Assembly (NCBI RefSeq): GCF_009914755.1
Contig: NC_060935.1
DNA from: the human T2T-CHM13v2.0 reference genome, Homo sapiens
Strand: one strand, 5' to 3'
Length of the DNA stretch: 64,000 bases
In this document: in pieces, positions 1 to 18,945 of the stretch
How the letters are laid out: every line of letters begins with the position of its first letter
How positions within the stretch are numbered: position 1 is the first letter of the stretch
Program-made: the position numbers and the translations under genes
Notes under the pieces: generated by a model
Seen by the model: only the letters and a program-made list of their open reading frames with translations
What the model was told of the DNA's origin: nothing
Databases searched by the model: none

Positions 1-1517
1 ACAAGTGCTGCCGTCTGCCCCTCCTGTTAGCCGAATTGTCCACATATGTCGCTCCTGGCTCCCCAGACAATCGTGCAAGGAGCACCTTGCCATTGACTCA
101 GGAGGAGAGGAATCTTCAGTGTGGCGTTCTGTGGCTCCTCTCTGTTTTCTCCTGGAATAAAGTCCAAGCTGAACCAGGGTCAGGCCGGTAGGCAGAAAAT
201 GGCTCCCAGCTGTTTAAACTCAGCATTGGCCATGTGGCCAGGAGGGACGGGGTCTGGGAGGTGGCTTCCCCTGCCTGCAGGGTCGCTCCTTCCACAGGAA
301 ACCCTAGGGAGAATAGAGCCCAAGACACGAGCACAGCCTGCAGTGGGCCGCGAGAGTGGCAGCCCCTTCCCTGGATTTATTTTCCTAGTGGCTGGACATC
401 ACGTCCCGAGTTCCTGACGGGTTTGGACAAAGGGGACTTCTGGAGCAGGCGCCTCCTGCCCACATACACGGGGAGTGGCTCACCCGTTCCCCACACTGCC
501 CCCACTGACCAAGGCACATTTCCACACCCACTGACTTTCTCCCCACCCCATGGGCTGCCAGTCTGCTCCTCCCAGGAAGTCTCAAGCCACAGATGTGGAT
601 AGATGGGGAGAACAAGCTCATCTGGAAATGCCCCACCTCCCCGCCCCCCTGCACCCTCCCTCCCAGGCCCCAGCCCTGGCAGCGCCTCCAGCTCCCTGGT
701 CATACCCTTAGTGCCAGAGTAGGCAGCGCCTCTCGGAAGTGAGGAAGCCCACCCTGCTGAGTGACCCACAGCCTCAGGCCTCAGCAGCCCCTGGCCCTCA
801 TGCACAGCACACACCGCCCCACATAAGCAATGCCTCATCCCCTCCAGGGGCCTCAGGCAGGACCAGAGGCCTCCCACTCAGCCCACCTTGCCAGGGCTAG
901 CAAGACAGCCCAGGGAGAGAACTTGCAGGCCATTCCCCGCCATGGCCCATCCTACCTGCTAACAGTGCTCACACTCAGGGCACCCCGCACGGCCCACCCC
1001 ACATGCTAACAATGCCCACACTCAGCCCGCCAGGCACACGGTGACATTCTGCTGGCTTCCTTGTTTACCGCCTGGCACCAAACGCCCTTGGACTGGGTCC
1101 TGCTGTGCAGTTCCCGAACCAGCTTTCCTGCTCAGTTCCACTCAGAAACCTTTTCCTGACCTTCTCCTAGAGCCTAGCCCCATGCTGGATGCAGCATCCA
1201 AAGCCAGAGAAGCCCCAGAGGCAGCTCCCGGGTGGGATGATCCCCAGGGGGAGGGCCGCAGGGGCAGAGGCGAGGGACTGTCCTGGGCAGTGGGTCCCCA
1301 CCCGGATCCAGGAGTCCTGATGCAAGGGGAAGTTTGGGCTCTGGAAGATTCAGCCATGCAGGCAGGTCCCCCAGGTCCCAGGGAGCCCCCATGATGGAAG
1401 CAGCAGGGCCACTGCCACGTCCCTTCCCAGCATGGGCAGGGGGATGACCACAGGCTGGGCCTTTGAGCTCACGATGGTCCTTTTCCTTTTGGCGATGATT
1501 TTTTAAAATTTGACATG

Positions 1518-5789
<4,272 letters not shown>

Positions 5790-7098
5790 TCAGCCTGTTG
5801 TGTCCTCCAGGGAACCCCGGGAGGAAGCCTGGGTGAATCCTCCCTCAGTCCCACTTTCCAGATAGGAGGCCGAGGCCCAGGCGGTAACAGTGCCGAGCAG
5901 GAACCAGAGAGCTCAAGCCCTGGGCCTCCTGCATGCGTAGAGGGTTTGCCTCTGAAAACCTCACCCTGTATACCGAAGACCCCAAAAGGGGACCCTGGGT
6001 CTGCTCACCAGGTTCTCCCTGCAGTCCTCGGAAATTCTGGAGCTCCCTGTCCCATGGCAGTAAAGAAAAGAGTGCCATCCCATTCCAGCAGGTACAGCTA
6101 AAAAAAGAAAAGAAAAAAGAAAAGAAAAGAAAAGAAAAGAAGAGTGCAGCCCACACTGAGTCCTCACAAAGGCCTGATGCTCAGGCAGCCGACAGTACCC
6201 CACCCCCGCCCGCCACCTGCCACATCACAGTGCGCGTGTGTTTGCTCTGGCACCCTCTGCTTCGAGAAGCTCTGGCTGTCCCCAGACAGTGGCTGAATGA
6301 AGCTTGCAAACCCACCAGGGTGAAAGGGAGCAGCAGCTCAGTGGCCCTGGCTTCCCGCAGTCCCTCTGCAGGCATTGGCGTCCCCACCAGCAGCAGGCCT
6401 TCCGCGTGCCTCTTTGGACTCTTTGCACCTGGCTGGTTTTTGCTCAGTTCTTACGGATCAGCTACTCACTTCCTGGTTCCTGTCCGGTTGGCTGAAGGCA
6501 TAATCTGCCCTCCTTTCACGAGTTTGTTTATGGGTTCCTTAACCGTAACCTTTCCTTGAAGAGGCTTTTGTATTCCTTCTGTGATCCGTGCAGGGCCCCC
6601 AGGCGAGCTCCTTGAGAGGACAGAGAGGGCCCCTGTGGCCCCTGTGACCTGCGCCCCTGAGGCCCTGGGTGGCTGGGGGAAGCTGTGCCACAAAGCGCAG
6701 GTGCCTTGATCACCCTGTCGTCCAGCGGGTCACAGCAGGGACCCAGCCGTGCGTGGGAATCTGCTCCAGGTCCCTAGCCCTGGTTTCGACTTCCTGTTTT
6801 CTTCCTGGTTCTTCAGAGCCTGCTGGTGGGAAAGTGCAGCCTCCATTCAGCTCCCGGGCACTGCATGTGGGCAGGAGTGGTGGCCTCGCCAAGTACCTGG
6901 CTTTATCCAAATACCTCCCTGTTCTGTTCCAGAAAATGGCGCTTAGCATCCCCTAGAGTGGGAAAAATTCCTTGGGAAAGAAACCAAGGAATTTACTTGG
7001 GGAAGTAAAAATGAGGCAATTTTCCCCAACAGGGCTTTCATAAAAGAAGCCCACCCAAAGAATATTCTAAAAGCACAGCATCCCCTTTTACTTAGAGA

Positions 7099-8012
7099 TG
7101 TCAATGAAAAGAGTCAAACTCTGTCAAATATTTGAAGAGATTTATTCTGAGCCATGAGTGACCATGGCCCATGACACAGCCCTCAGGAGGTCCTGAGAAC
7201 ATGGGCCCAAGGTGGCCGTGGTACAGCTTGGTTTTATACATTTTAGGGAGACATGAAACATCAATCAGATACATCTAAGGTATACATTGGTTTGGTCCAG
7301 AAAGGCGGGACAGGGCGACTTCCAGATTATGGGTATATATATATATACACTTTTTTTTTTTTTTTTTGGAGACAAGAGTTTCACTCTTGACACCCAGGCT
7401 GAAGTGCAATGGCATGATGCAACCTCCACCTCCTGGGTTCAAGCGATTCTCCTGCCTCAGCATCCTGAGTAGCTGGGATTGCAGGTGTGCGCCACCAGAT
7501 TTGGCTAATTTTGTATTTTTAGTAGATACAAGGTTTCACCATGTTGGCCAGGCTGGTCTCCAACTTCTGACCTCAGGTGATCTGCCCGCCTCTGCCTACC
7601 AAAGTGCTGGGATTACAGGCATGAGCCACCACACCCGGCCTATTTTTAAAATTTCTGATTGTCAATTGGTTGAGTTATTATCAATAGAAAGGAAAGTCTG
7701 GGTTATGATAAGGGGTTTTGGAAACCAAGGTTTTATTGTGCAGATGAAGCCTCCCGGTAACAGGCTTCAGAGAGAATAGACTGTAAATGTTTATCAGACT
7801 CAAGGTCTGTGTTGATGTTCATGCTGGTCGACTTTTGTTGAATTCCAAAAGGGAGGAGGGCATGAGGAGGCCTGTCCGACCCTCCTCCCGCCCCCTGCTT
7901 CCTGTCATGGCCTGAACCAGTCTTTCAGGTTAATTTGGGGGTGCCCTGGCCGAGACGATGAACCCCATTCAAATGGTTCGGGGGACCCTTAGAATTTTAT
8001 TTTTGGTTTACA
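7099..8012 (-). mobile_element. MER4-group solo LTR interrupted by an Alu (7351-7640)
   Basis: TG...CA termini; the - strand begins tgtaaaccaaaaataaaattctaag; 4-bp duplication GAGA at 7095-7098 and 8013-8016. Confidence 0.8.
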
Positions 8013-8618
8013 GAGATCCTTAGAGCAGTGAGTGTCACCCTGGAATGTGCGTCAGAATAACTCGGGGCTCCCAGCCCCACCCCAGGAGAGGCGGATCCCG
8101 TGGGCTGGGGCTGGGGTGCCGGTTCAGCATTTCTCTAACACACCCCGCGGATGTGCAGGGCCACACGGAGAGCCATCCGCCTGGACGTAGATATCCTGCA
8201 GACCTGTCAGGACAGGCTCCATCGGGGCCCGGAAGCGAGGAAGACCCCGCTCCCGGCTCCATCTCATCCCCGCCTCATCCCTCCCATTTCCTGTTGTCTC
8301 TCTGGGCCGGTTGGGCGATCACCTGGGCGGACCCCCTTGCCTGCCTGAGTCCTGCACTTCGACGGCCCTGAACTCAGGAGCCACGTCCCTCGGGAGCCCC
8401 AAAGACTTCAACCTCCACCCCAGGCCCACCGCACCTCAGCACCCCACTTCGGAGGTCTCAAACTCAGCGCCCCAAGGGCCAGGTGGGCCACACGCGCAAG
8501 TGAGACTAAGTCCTGGGAGTGTTCTTCATGGCCACAGAGCAGTGTGCCTGTTCCCACATTTCTTGAAACGTTCAACTCTCTAGTGGGGGTCTGGGTTTAG
8601 ATGCTAAGGCGGCCATAA

Positions 8619-9092
<474 letters not shown>

Positions 9093-11195
9093 TGATTTTT
9101 TAAAATACATTTTCCTGGTTTTTAAGCATCCGTCTGCATTTTTAAGCAGTAGACAAGCACAACAAGATGGCCATGCTGCCTGGATGGGGCCTGCCTGCCA
9201 CCGCTTTGCAGCCTCTGCTCCGGCACCAGAATCTGGTTGGAAAGGGCTTTCTGCACTCGTGCAGTCACTCAGCAAACATTTACCCAGCAGCACCCACCTT
9301 ATGTGCCAGACACCAAGCTAGACCCAGAATCTACAGGGATGTGCAATTAGCACCCTGCCTTAGGAGCTCGGAGTCCACGGAGGGCCCTCAGCCCTGACAC
9401 CCAGCCAGGAGAAGCCGGGTCGGAAGTGTTTCCACTCCTAAGGGAGTGCTTCAGTGCTGACTTTGTAGGGCTGTGCCATCCAACCCTCACCTGCATTCCC
9501 AGGTGCTTTATTCAGCATGGGGTGGCCTTAGGGCTGCTAGTGTGCAGAGCCCATGTGACTGCCCCACCACCTGCTCCAGCAGAAAAATAAACTGAGGACC
9601 ACTGCACTCGTGCAAAAGATCAAACGGAGCTACAATAAACTCCTCATCTGGGATAAGGCGATAGTCCCCATGGCCCGAGGACTGGAGACAGGGGTCAGGG
9701 AAGTGTGACTGTCACTTCTCAAATTGCCTACCAGCAATGGGTTGCAGTGGGTATTTCTCTTTTTTTTTTTTTTGAGACAGAACCTTTCTCTGTTGCCCAT
9801 GCTGGAATGCAGTGGCGTGATCTCGGCTCCCCATAACCTCCGCCTCCCTGGCTCAATCTATTCTCGTGCCTCAGCCTTCTGAGTAGCTGGGATTACAGGC
9901 ATGTGCCACGACGCCTGGCTAATTTTTGTATTTTTAGTAGAGATGGGGTTTTGCCATATTGGCGAGGCTGCTCTCGAACTCCTGGCTTCAAGTCATCTGC
10001 CCACCTCAGCCTCCCAAAATGCTGGGATTATAGGCGTGAGCCACCACACCCAGCCCGCAGTGGGCATTTCTGATTGATGATGATTGTGACTGTGATCTAT
10101 CATTGAATTGACACTGGCTGGGGCCAGGGAGCAAGAGATCTTGGTCTCAGAGGTTTCATCTGAGCCTGTGGTTTCTAGCTCGGGGCCACACAGGGGCCTG
10201 AGCTCTTGCTGCCTTTGCAGACCACCAGCATGCACCCCAAAAACGGGGACTGGGAGGCTCCCCTCAGCTACTAGGGCAGAAGCGCTATGTACAGCTCTCC
10301 CTGTAGCCTCCTGCACAGGTAGGATGTCCACTTGCTCCATCCTGGCCGTTTCTGACGAGTGCTGGTTATCACCCATCTCAGAGCTGGCTCAGGGCACAGA
10401 GAGCAGGCCCCAGGATTGGGCTCCCAGCCGAACCGCTGCACACAACATTGCTGGGCATGATAGGGTGCAGTTAGGGTGAGGCGGGGGTCAGCCCGGGACA
10501 CTGGACCATTTCTAGGAATTGCAACACTGAGGCCCTGCTTCCTGGGCCATTGAGGGCCTCCTTCCTGGGCCCTGCTAGTTCTCATGGCCACTGGGAAGAC
10601 GAATGGAGAGACCAGCATGGCCCTGGGCGCTGTGTTGTGATCCTCTTGTTCATCTGTGATTTGGTGCACCCCTGGGTCTTGGAGTAAAGGGAACAAGGGT
10701 GTGTCTAGATAGGGAACGGTTCAACCTTCACTGCTGTGGACTCAGTGCCTCCAGCCAGGGGCCCTGGCACTGTTCCTCAACAGCAAAGCCATGTCTGGCC
10801 TATCCCTAAATACAGGTATCCTCCGCCAGAGCTTTAGGAGCTGCACCCCAATTGAATCTTGGTCAGTTTAGGAATTAAAAAAGGTTTCATCTAAGCGAAC
10901 TAGCATTTAAACAGGTGCATGGGGAGATTGTGCAGAACCACTGAGGGAGCAGCTGTCTTTAAGCACCTCTTTTAGAAGCTGGTGAGCTTGTCAGAAAGGG
11001 CTGGTACACACCAGGCCCTGGCACTGGCCTGGCTTCCTCAGGACCTGAACAAATGACTCTTGGTTGCCATAAGCCTCTGACTGCTGTGAGAAAGCCTGGC
11101 CCCTGCAAGGGTGGTACCCGCTCAGACTGCTGCCTGGTAGCTGGAATGACTGAGAGTGTAGGGCTCTTTAAAACTGTGACTTCTTCTTCCCCCAG

Positions 11196-11248
11196 GAATC
11201 TGGTACAATATCCTCAGAGGCATTGGGAAGCTTGCTGTCATCATCAAT
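11196..11248 (+). CDS. ANO1: Anoctamin-1 coding exon, 53 bp
   Basis: Acceptor ttcttcccccag| and donor |gtaagt. Phase fits the previous exon (G|GA). Translates GIWYNILRGIGKLAVIIN. Confidence 0.96.
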
Positions 11249-11392
11249 GTAAGTGACATCAGGGACCTTGGCAGAATGGAAGTCCCGGCTGAACTGCCAG
11301 GTGGCCGGGGCCCTGTGGAGAAGGAGCTGGGCATGGGTCTTCTGCCTCTAGCCATGGTGCAGCCCCAGGCTGCCCGGATTCTCTAGTTATAA

Positions 11393-11668
<276 letters not shown>

Positions 11669-11834
11669 TGACCAGGCTGGTCTCAAACTCCTGACCTCAG
11701 GTGATTCGCCCTCCTCGGCCTCCCAAAGTGCTGGGATTACATTCACGAGCCACTGCGCCCAGCCTTTCTGCAAGCTTTGAGCAAAATTCTCCACCATGCC
11801 CACCTTCGCCCCTAAGTCCACTGAGAATAAACAA

Positions 11835-11915
11835 GAGACAGAGATAGGTGGGAAGACAGAGACAGAGATAGGAGGGAAGACAGAGACAGAGATAGGAGGG
11901 AAGACAGAGACAGAG
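11835..11915 (+). repeat. 24-bp tandem repeat, ~3.4 copies
   Basis: Unit gagacagagatagg(t/a)gggaagaca. Confidence 0.9.
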
Positions 11916-12667
11916 GGAGAGAAACACAGAGATTCCTTATTGGCAATCTTTCTGTTCTCTTATTTAAAGAAAAAAGTTGATTTTTCTCCTTAATCTGAAA
12001 CGTATGGCTGCTCTGTAGAGAAGGTTTGGGAGATGCTGAAATGGGGCGAGAAGGGAGCACTCATCAGCCTTACACACGGCTCTGCTAAGGATCAGGGCTC
12101 CAGGCCCCTCAGCCTCCTCCCCAGCATGGCAGCCCCTTCCAGCCTCTCCTATCCCCAGGCCTGCAGGCTAGGATGGCCCGGCCCTCAGCCTTCCCCATCG
12201 GGGTCTGTCTGACTCTGCCCATGGCCTGGATCTCCCCGGGTTTAGCTGTGCCCAGCTGTCCCCAGTACATACTTCAAGCCCAAGGCTGCATCCTAGACAT
12301 GAAAACCCGAGGCAGCCATGGGGAGTCTGCTGTGCCAGGGGCCCATGGCTCTCGTCCCTTCCACCCTCTGGCTGAGCCCAATCCTCCCCGCCAAAAGTTG
12401 ACACCATGCACATGAGGGACACGGGGTGGCTCCCCAAAGCTGACGGTCGACGCCCCTGCAGGGCCGTGATGCCAAGTCAGGGTCTCAGCAGGCCCTGGGA
12501 CTCAGTCCCCACAGAGGGCAGGGGGTGACACTCAGCCCCGGAGAAGGGCCCCTCAGAGCCCTCTGACAGTGCCCTTTCCCGGTGGGCAACGCTTTCTGCC
12601 AGGCATGCGCTCCCACCAGATTACAGGAAGGCTGCAGGCAGAGTGTGCACACCGGGATGGCCCCTTA

Positions 12668-13033
<366 letters not shown>

Positions 13034-13693
13034 CTAAGCTCTTTCCACACACTAGCCCACTGGTCTGCACACAGCCCTTGAAGGCGAGGACTGCCATGGC
13101 CCCATCTTACAGGTAAGACACCAGAGGCACAGAGAGGTTAGGTGATTTGCCCAAGGCCACACAGCCATGTGAGAGGCAGCCGTTGGGCCTTGGTTTCCTC
13201 TCTTGTAAGGGCACCAGCCAGAGCCGGTGCTATAATAGAATGAGCCGGGTGAGGACTTGAGAGCTTGCAAAGCACTTTCCCTTCCTGCCTCATTCCCTTC
13301 TCCAACAAGCCCAGAGGCACAGTGCATACATGGTGTGGGTGTTGTTAGCCCTGTTTTGACAAGAAGAAAATGGAGGCACAGAGAGGTTGGGTGATTTGCC
13401 CAAGGCCACACAGCCAGCAAGAGGCTGCCAGCGTCTGCCTGGTGCCTTCTCTCCTAGAAGTGCACTGTTCTGGCCACCAGGCACTCTCCTTCAGCTGCCA
13501 GGGGGCTGAGAGGAACACCCGCGACCCTGCATCCATTCACTCAGCATGCCGAGGCTGTGCGGCTATGGTCCCCGCCAGAGGCAGTGGCATATGGCCAGGG
13601 TCCAGTGTAACTGTGGATGGGTCACCCCCTGTTGCGGCCGGCCCTTCTGCGCCCAGGCTGGGGGTCCCCCTCACTGCCATGTCCCCTGCACAG

Positions 13694-13878
13694 GCCTTCG
13701 TGATCTCCTTCACGTCTGACTTCATCCCGCGCCTGGTGTACCTCTACATGTACAGTAAGAACGGGACCATGCACGGCTTCGTCAACCACACCCTCTCCTC
13801 CTTCAACGTCAGTGACTTCCAGAACGGCACGGCCCCCAATGACCCCCTGGACCTGGGCTACGAGGTGCAGATCTGCAG
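13694..13878 (+). CDS. ANO1: Anoctamin-1 coding exon, 185 bp (extracellular loop)
   Basis: Acceptor cctgcacag| and donor |gtactg. Translates [61 protein letters not shown](R), with four N-x-S/T sequons. Confidence 0.97.
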
Positions 13879-14098
13879 GTACTGCTCTCTGCTCCCCTCT
13901 TTGAAAAGCCACGTTTATTGGGTTTCTGGGAGAGCCTGGGTTTGGACGGGGCTCAAATCAGGAGCAAGTCATGAAACAACGCAAACTTGCTTAAAAAGAA
14001 GAAGAAGGAAAAAAAAAAAGGCTGGTGCAGTGGCTCACACCCGTCATCCCAGCACTTTGGGAGGGCCAGGCAGGAGGATCACTTGAGCTCAGGAGTTA

Positions 14099-14293
<195 letters not shown>

Positions 14294-15900
14294 CTATCTA
14301 TAAAGAAATAAACAAATGCCTAAGGGGAGGAAATTAGAGGTGATTTACCAGTTCCTGTAACTAAGAAGCCCAGGATAGCTTCAGGCATGGCTGGATCCAG
14401 GAGCTACAGTTTGCCATCAGGCTCCACTCTGGCACTGCCTCTCCACTTTGATTTCCTCTGTGTTGCATTGTTCTCTTGCTGATGAAAAGGATCCCTAGCA
14501 GCTCCTGGCTTCAATCCTTTCTGCTCTGCAGCCCCTGTGGGAAGACCTTCTGTTTCCCAATAGTCAGTGAAAATCCAGGGACTGAGTCTTACTGCCCCAT
14601 CTTGGGTCAGATGTCCATTCTTGAACCAACCACTATTGCCATGAGGAGGGGGGCTCTCCTTGGCTTGGCCTGGGTCATGTGCCAGGGTGTGAGGTCACAG
14701 AGAATGGGGGGGTCCTAGGGAAAACTGGGGTGCTATGACTTGAAGAAGAGGAGACAGATGCTAGCAGGCAAAGCCTTGAGCACAGAATAAAGAGGAACGA
14801 GCTGGTGCGTGTGGCTTCTGACACTGGGAGGACAGGGCTGCTTGTTCCCATGGGAAAGCAGGTTGTGCAACTTCTGCCTGGCCCAGCAGCTGGCACCAGA
14901 GCCGTGGCCCAGCCTGATCCTATCTCAGGAGTTGGCAGCTCAGTGCTGAATAGGCCCTCGGAGACTCCCATCCAGCTCCCTCCAGAAATCAAGCTCCGTA
15001 GGCAAGGGCCCTATCTGTTGTGCACCGCCCCCCACCCCGGAATTCTCCATCCCTGGGGTGGGGTCTGGCACATAGTAGTTGGTCAATAAATGCTTGTGAC
15101 ATAAGTAAGTGAGGGAATGCCCAGACTGAGGCCCAGAGAGGTCAAGTGATTGCCCAGGGGACACACAGCAAGGTGGTAGTCGGAGTGGGCGAGCACCAGG
15201 GATGTGGGTCCAGGCCAGGGCTGTGCCTGCAAATCCAGGTGGCCCTTCTCCTAGCCTCCCCGACTGACCTCAGGTTTTAGTGACCAACAGGGGCACAAAC
15301 GGCCCCTGAGCCCCTGGAAATCCTGCCCCTCATGGGGGCATTTTCTGTCCAGCTTTGGGAAGCTTTTCCAATGCAGGGTGGGGACGTCAGCTCCATTCAA
15401 GCTATGTTCCAGCTGATGTGTGGCATCCCCCAGATTCAGGGAGCTGTGGAGGGAGGGAGGCCCTAGGCAGAGACCTCACCCTGCCCCCACAGACCCTGGG
15501 CATCTCTGGGTCTCTGTGAAAAGAGGAAGGGGCTGGGGAGAACTGGAGCACGGGCAGTGGTCATGAATGGGGCAAGCCTCCTTCCTGAGGCTCCAATCAT
15601 ATCCACGAAGAGCCAAGGTCAGTGGCAGGACCTTGGGGAGAGGGGTGTGAGTGAGCTTGACTCTCCAAGCAGGAGATCAGTCAGCTACATCTAAAGCTGG
15701 TAATGAGAACCAGGGGCAGTTCCTTCAAGATAAGGAGGTGAGGACCAAGCAGCAACCCTGGAGGAGGAAAAGCAGCCCCAGACCCGGGTAGGGCAGGGCG
15801 GGCCAGGCCGGCTGCCTGACACGCCTCTGCCTGCACCAGCGGAATGCTTAGCTTCGTTCTTTCGCAAATGTTTGATAAACTGCTTAAGTTACTTTGATAA

Positions 15901-16158
<258 letters not shown>

Positions 16159-16781
16159 TAACTCCTCAGCCTGAGATTACAGTGCTGAGGTTACAGGCAC
16201 GAGCCACCACACCTGGCTAATAAAGTGCTCAGAGGTTTTTCTTTGGTAGATTCCCTCAAAGAGGGGATGGACTGGAGGGGTGTTTCATGGAACCCATTCT
16301 GAAGTTCTGTGGAGCATGGGCGTTGGGTTGAGGTTCAGGAGGTTCAAGCTTAGGGAACCCCCCCGACTTCAACCAAGTAGGCTCTGCACTCTTGGGGCCT
16401 ATTGGAGTTTCCAGTGAGACCTTTTGGGAACAAAGGCTCCACTGCTTTTAAAAGTTTGCAACCTCCTGGACCACATGGTCCCCACCCTTGATTCTGTGAG
16501 CCCACGGCTGGGCCTGGGGATACTTCCTGCCACATGTGTTTTACATGAAGCCCGTCAGGTCCTGCCTGGCCCATGGGGGATCCTGACCAACCCCCTCCAC
16601 TGTGGAGAGAGACTCCGTGGGTGCGGGGCCATGGGCTGCTCGCCCAAGAGAGGGCTGCCCTCCCGGAGGCAGCCGCACACCAAGCTGAGCCTCTCCCAGG
16701 CGTCCCTCGAGCTGCCTGACTCCAGCCAGAGCCTGAGCCCCACCGAAGTCCCACCCTCGACTCCACCACGGTCTTTTGCAG

Positions 16782-16887
16782 GTATAAAGACTACCGAGAG
16801 CCGCCGTGGTCGGAAAACAAGTACGACATCTCCAAGGACTTCTGGGCCGTCCTGGCAGCCCGGCTGGCGTTTGTCATCGTCTTCCAG
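16782..16887 (+). CDS. ANO1: Anoctamin-1 penultimate coding exon, 106 bp
   Basis: Acceptor cttttgcag| and donor |gtgcgg. AG|G completes the Arg codon. Translates [36 protein letters not shown]. Confidence 0.97.
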
Positions 16888-17161
16888 GTGCGGTGGGTCC
16901 CTCTTTGTTTCCGGTTTGAAGATGGGAGCATTTAGGGACCATCCTGTGCCTACAGTCTGGAAGTCAGGAGCTGCTAAAGCCAGGGGTTCAGAGACTCCTC
17001 CAGAGGCTTGGAGAACTTGCTCTGGGACACCCGAGGAGGGGACTTGGCCGACCCCAGGCCCCCTGCACTGACAGGGCCCAAGACAACCTCATGAGAGAGG
17101 AAGGCCAATAGAGGGGCCGGATGAGCACCGGCAGAAGGGTTCTGACTCGCTGGTGGGTTTA

Positions 17162-17329
<168 letters not shown>

Positions 17330-17372
17330 TTAGCCGGGTGTGGTGGTGCACACCTGTAATCCCAGCTACTCA

Positions 17373-17477
<105 letters not shown>

Positions 17478-17545
17478 TCAAAAAAGAGAGAGAGAGAAAA
17501 GAAGGAGAAGGAGAGGAGGAGGAGGAGGACGAGGAGGGGGAGGGA

Positions 17546-17605
17546 GGAAGGAAGGAAGGAAGGAAGGAAGGAAGGAAGGAAGGAAGGAAGGAAGGAAGGA
17601 AGGAA
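17546..17605 (+). repeat. (GGAA)15 microsatellite
   Basis: 60 bp of uninterrupted GGAA ending a polypurine tract that grows out of an Alu tail (about 17480-17610). Confidence 0.95.
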
Positions 17606-18945
17606 GAAAGACATGGAGAAAGGGGACCCCACCTCTGTCCCTCTCATTCTCACACCATGTCTGTGGTAGCAGGCAGAGTCAGGACAGACAGGAGGGCAGT
17701 GGGCTGTCAGATGACCCCAGCTGCAGCCAGCAGCCAGGGGACCCAGCCCCAGCTGGCCCAGTCTCTAGGGAGGGGTCTGGGCCAACTCTCTGAGGCCAGA
17801 GGGACTCCCAGTGGAGCGGGACCCCAGGCTAGGGTGCCAGCTGTGCACCGGCAGCTGAGGTCCCAGAGAGGCAGTATCCTGGGCTGTGGGCACCGCCAAG
17901 ATTCTGCTCGCAGGTGTCCCTCTAGTCTCGATTAAGTCGATGCTAGGAAGGCAGTGGGCCAAGGGCTCTGATTCTGGAATCCCCAAGACTGGGTTCAAGT
18001 CCCAGTTCTGTCACAGGGCAGGCCCTTCCACTCCTCTAAGCTCAGTGGCCCCATCCATCAGCTTTTCACAGCAAGCAGTGCAAAAGGTGTGTGGGGCTGG
18101 GTTCCGCAGACCAGAGCCTGAGAGCCCAGCAAGGAGGGGTCTCGGCCAGAGACAGCCCAGCCTTATCCCAAGGGAGCCCCGGAGCAGGCATGGCACCCCA
18201 GACCTGGCCTCACCTGGAGGCAAGGCAGCCCCTAGATGGACCAGTCACTGCTTTGGGCTGACCAGGCTGGGAAGAGGGAGATGGGATGGGGCATAAGTTC
18301 TGCAGCTGCGAGCGTGAGCAGCCAACCCCAGCCCCAGCTGGGGACTGGGAGCACCAACCAGGAGAAGACACCAATCCAGGGGGCACCAGCACCGCCCGTG
18401 GCGGGAACCTGCTCAGCCGGGGGTGCTCACACGTGCTTGCTGGACAGATGTTCAGCAAACAAGAAGATTCCGTTTTTCCATAAAAACTGACTTATGTTGC
18501 CTTCTATCCACCAGAAATGTCTCCGTGGAGGTGGTAGATGTTCAGGGAGACCCTGGGACGCTTTGCAAACTGTAAAAGTTTGATCCATTTGTGGCTATTT
18601 CCAGTTTCATGTTTTTCCCCAAAGGCTCGATGCTCGTTAGATTTGGCGATGTGTGATCCATCAGGTCACTTCCTGAGTCTCCTGGTCAAAGAATTCAGAA
18701 TGACTCAGATGATTTTCCCAATTACTGAGTTCAGATTTGTTCGAGAAAGTCGGCCAACATTTCCCAGAGGCCTGCCGGGTGGTTCTATGCCTCCTTTATA
18801 GCTTCTGGAAAACTGAGGCCCAGGGAGGTCAATGGGCCAGGAGGTGGTGGGGTGGCACTCCACCAGATGGGGGCCAGGCAGAGAGGTCAGGAGCACTTCC
18901 CCAGGCGCCATCCTCCCTTCTGCCACGCGTTGCCTCTCCTTCCAG

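Noticed and set aside
944-1025. Small imperfect direct repeats (also 22994-23077, 51280-51335, 63801-63865)
   Set aside because: Two- or three-copy slippage duplications with several mismatches and nothing further pointing to function.
5933-6559. 208-aa intronic ORF
   Set aside because: It runs through an (AAAAG)n tract, resembles no family I recognise, and its length is plausible by chance in GC-rich DNA.
13370-14086. 238-aa ORF containing ANO1 sequence
   Set aside because: Only 13694-13878 is exon. The ATG is in a MIR and the tail is in an Alu, so this is chance read-through.
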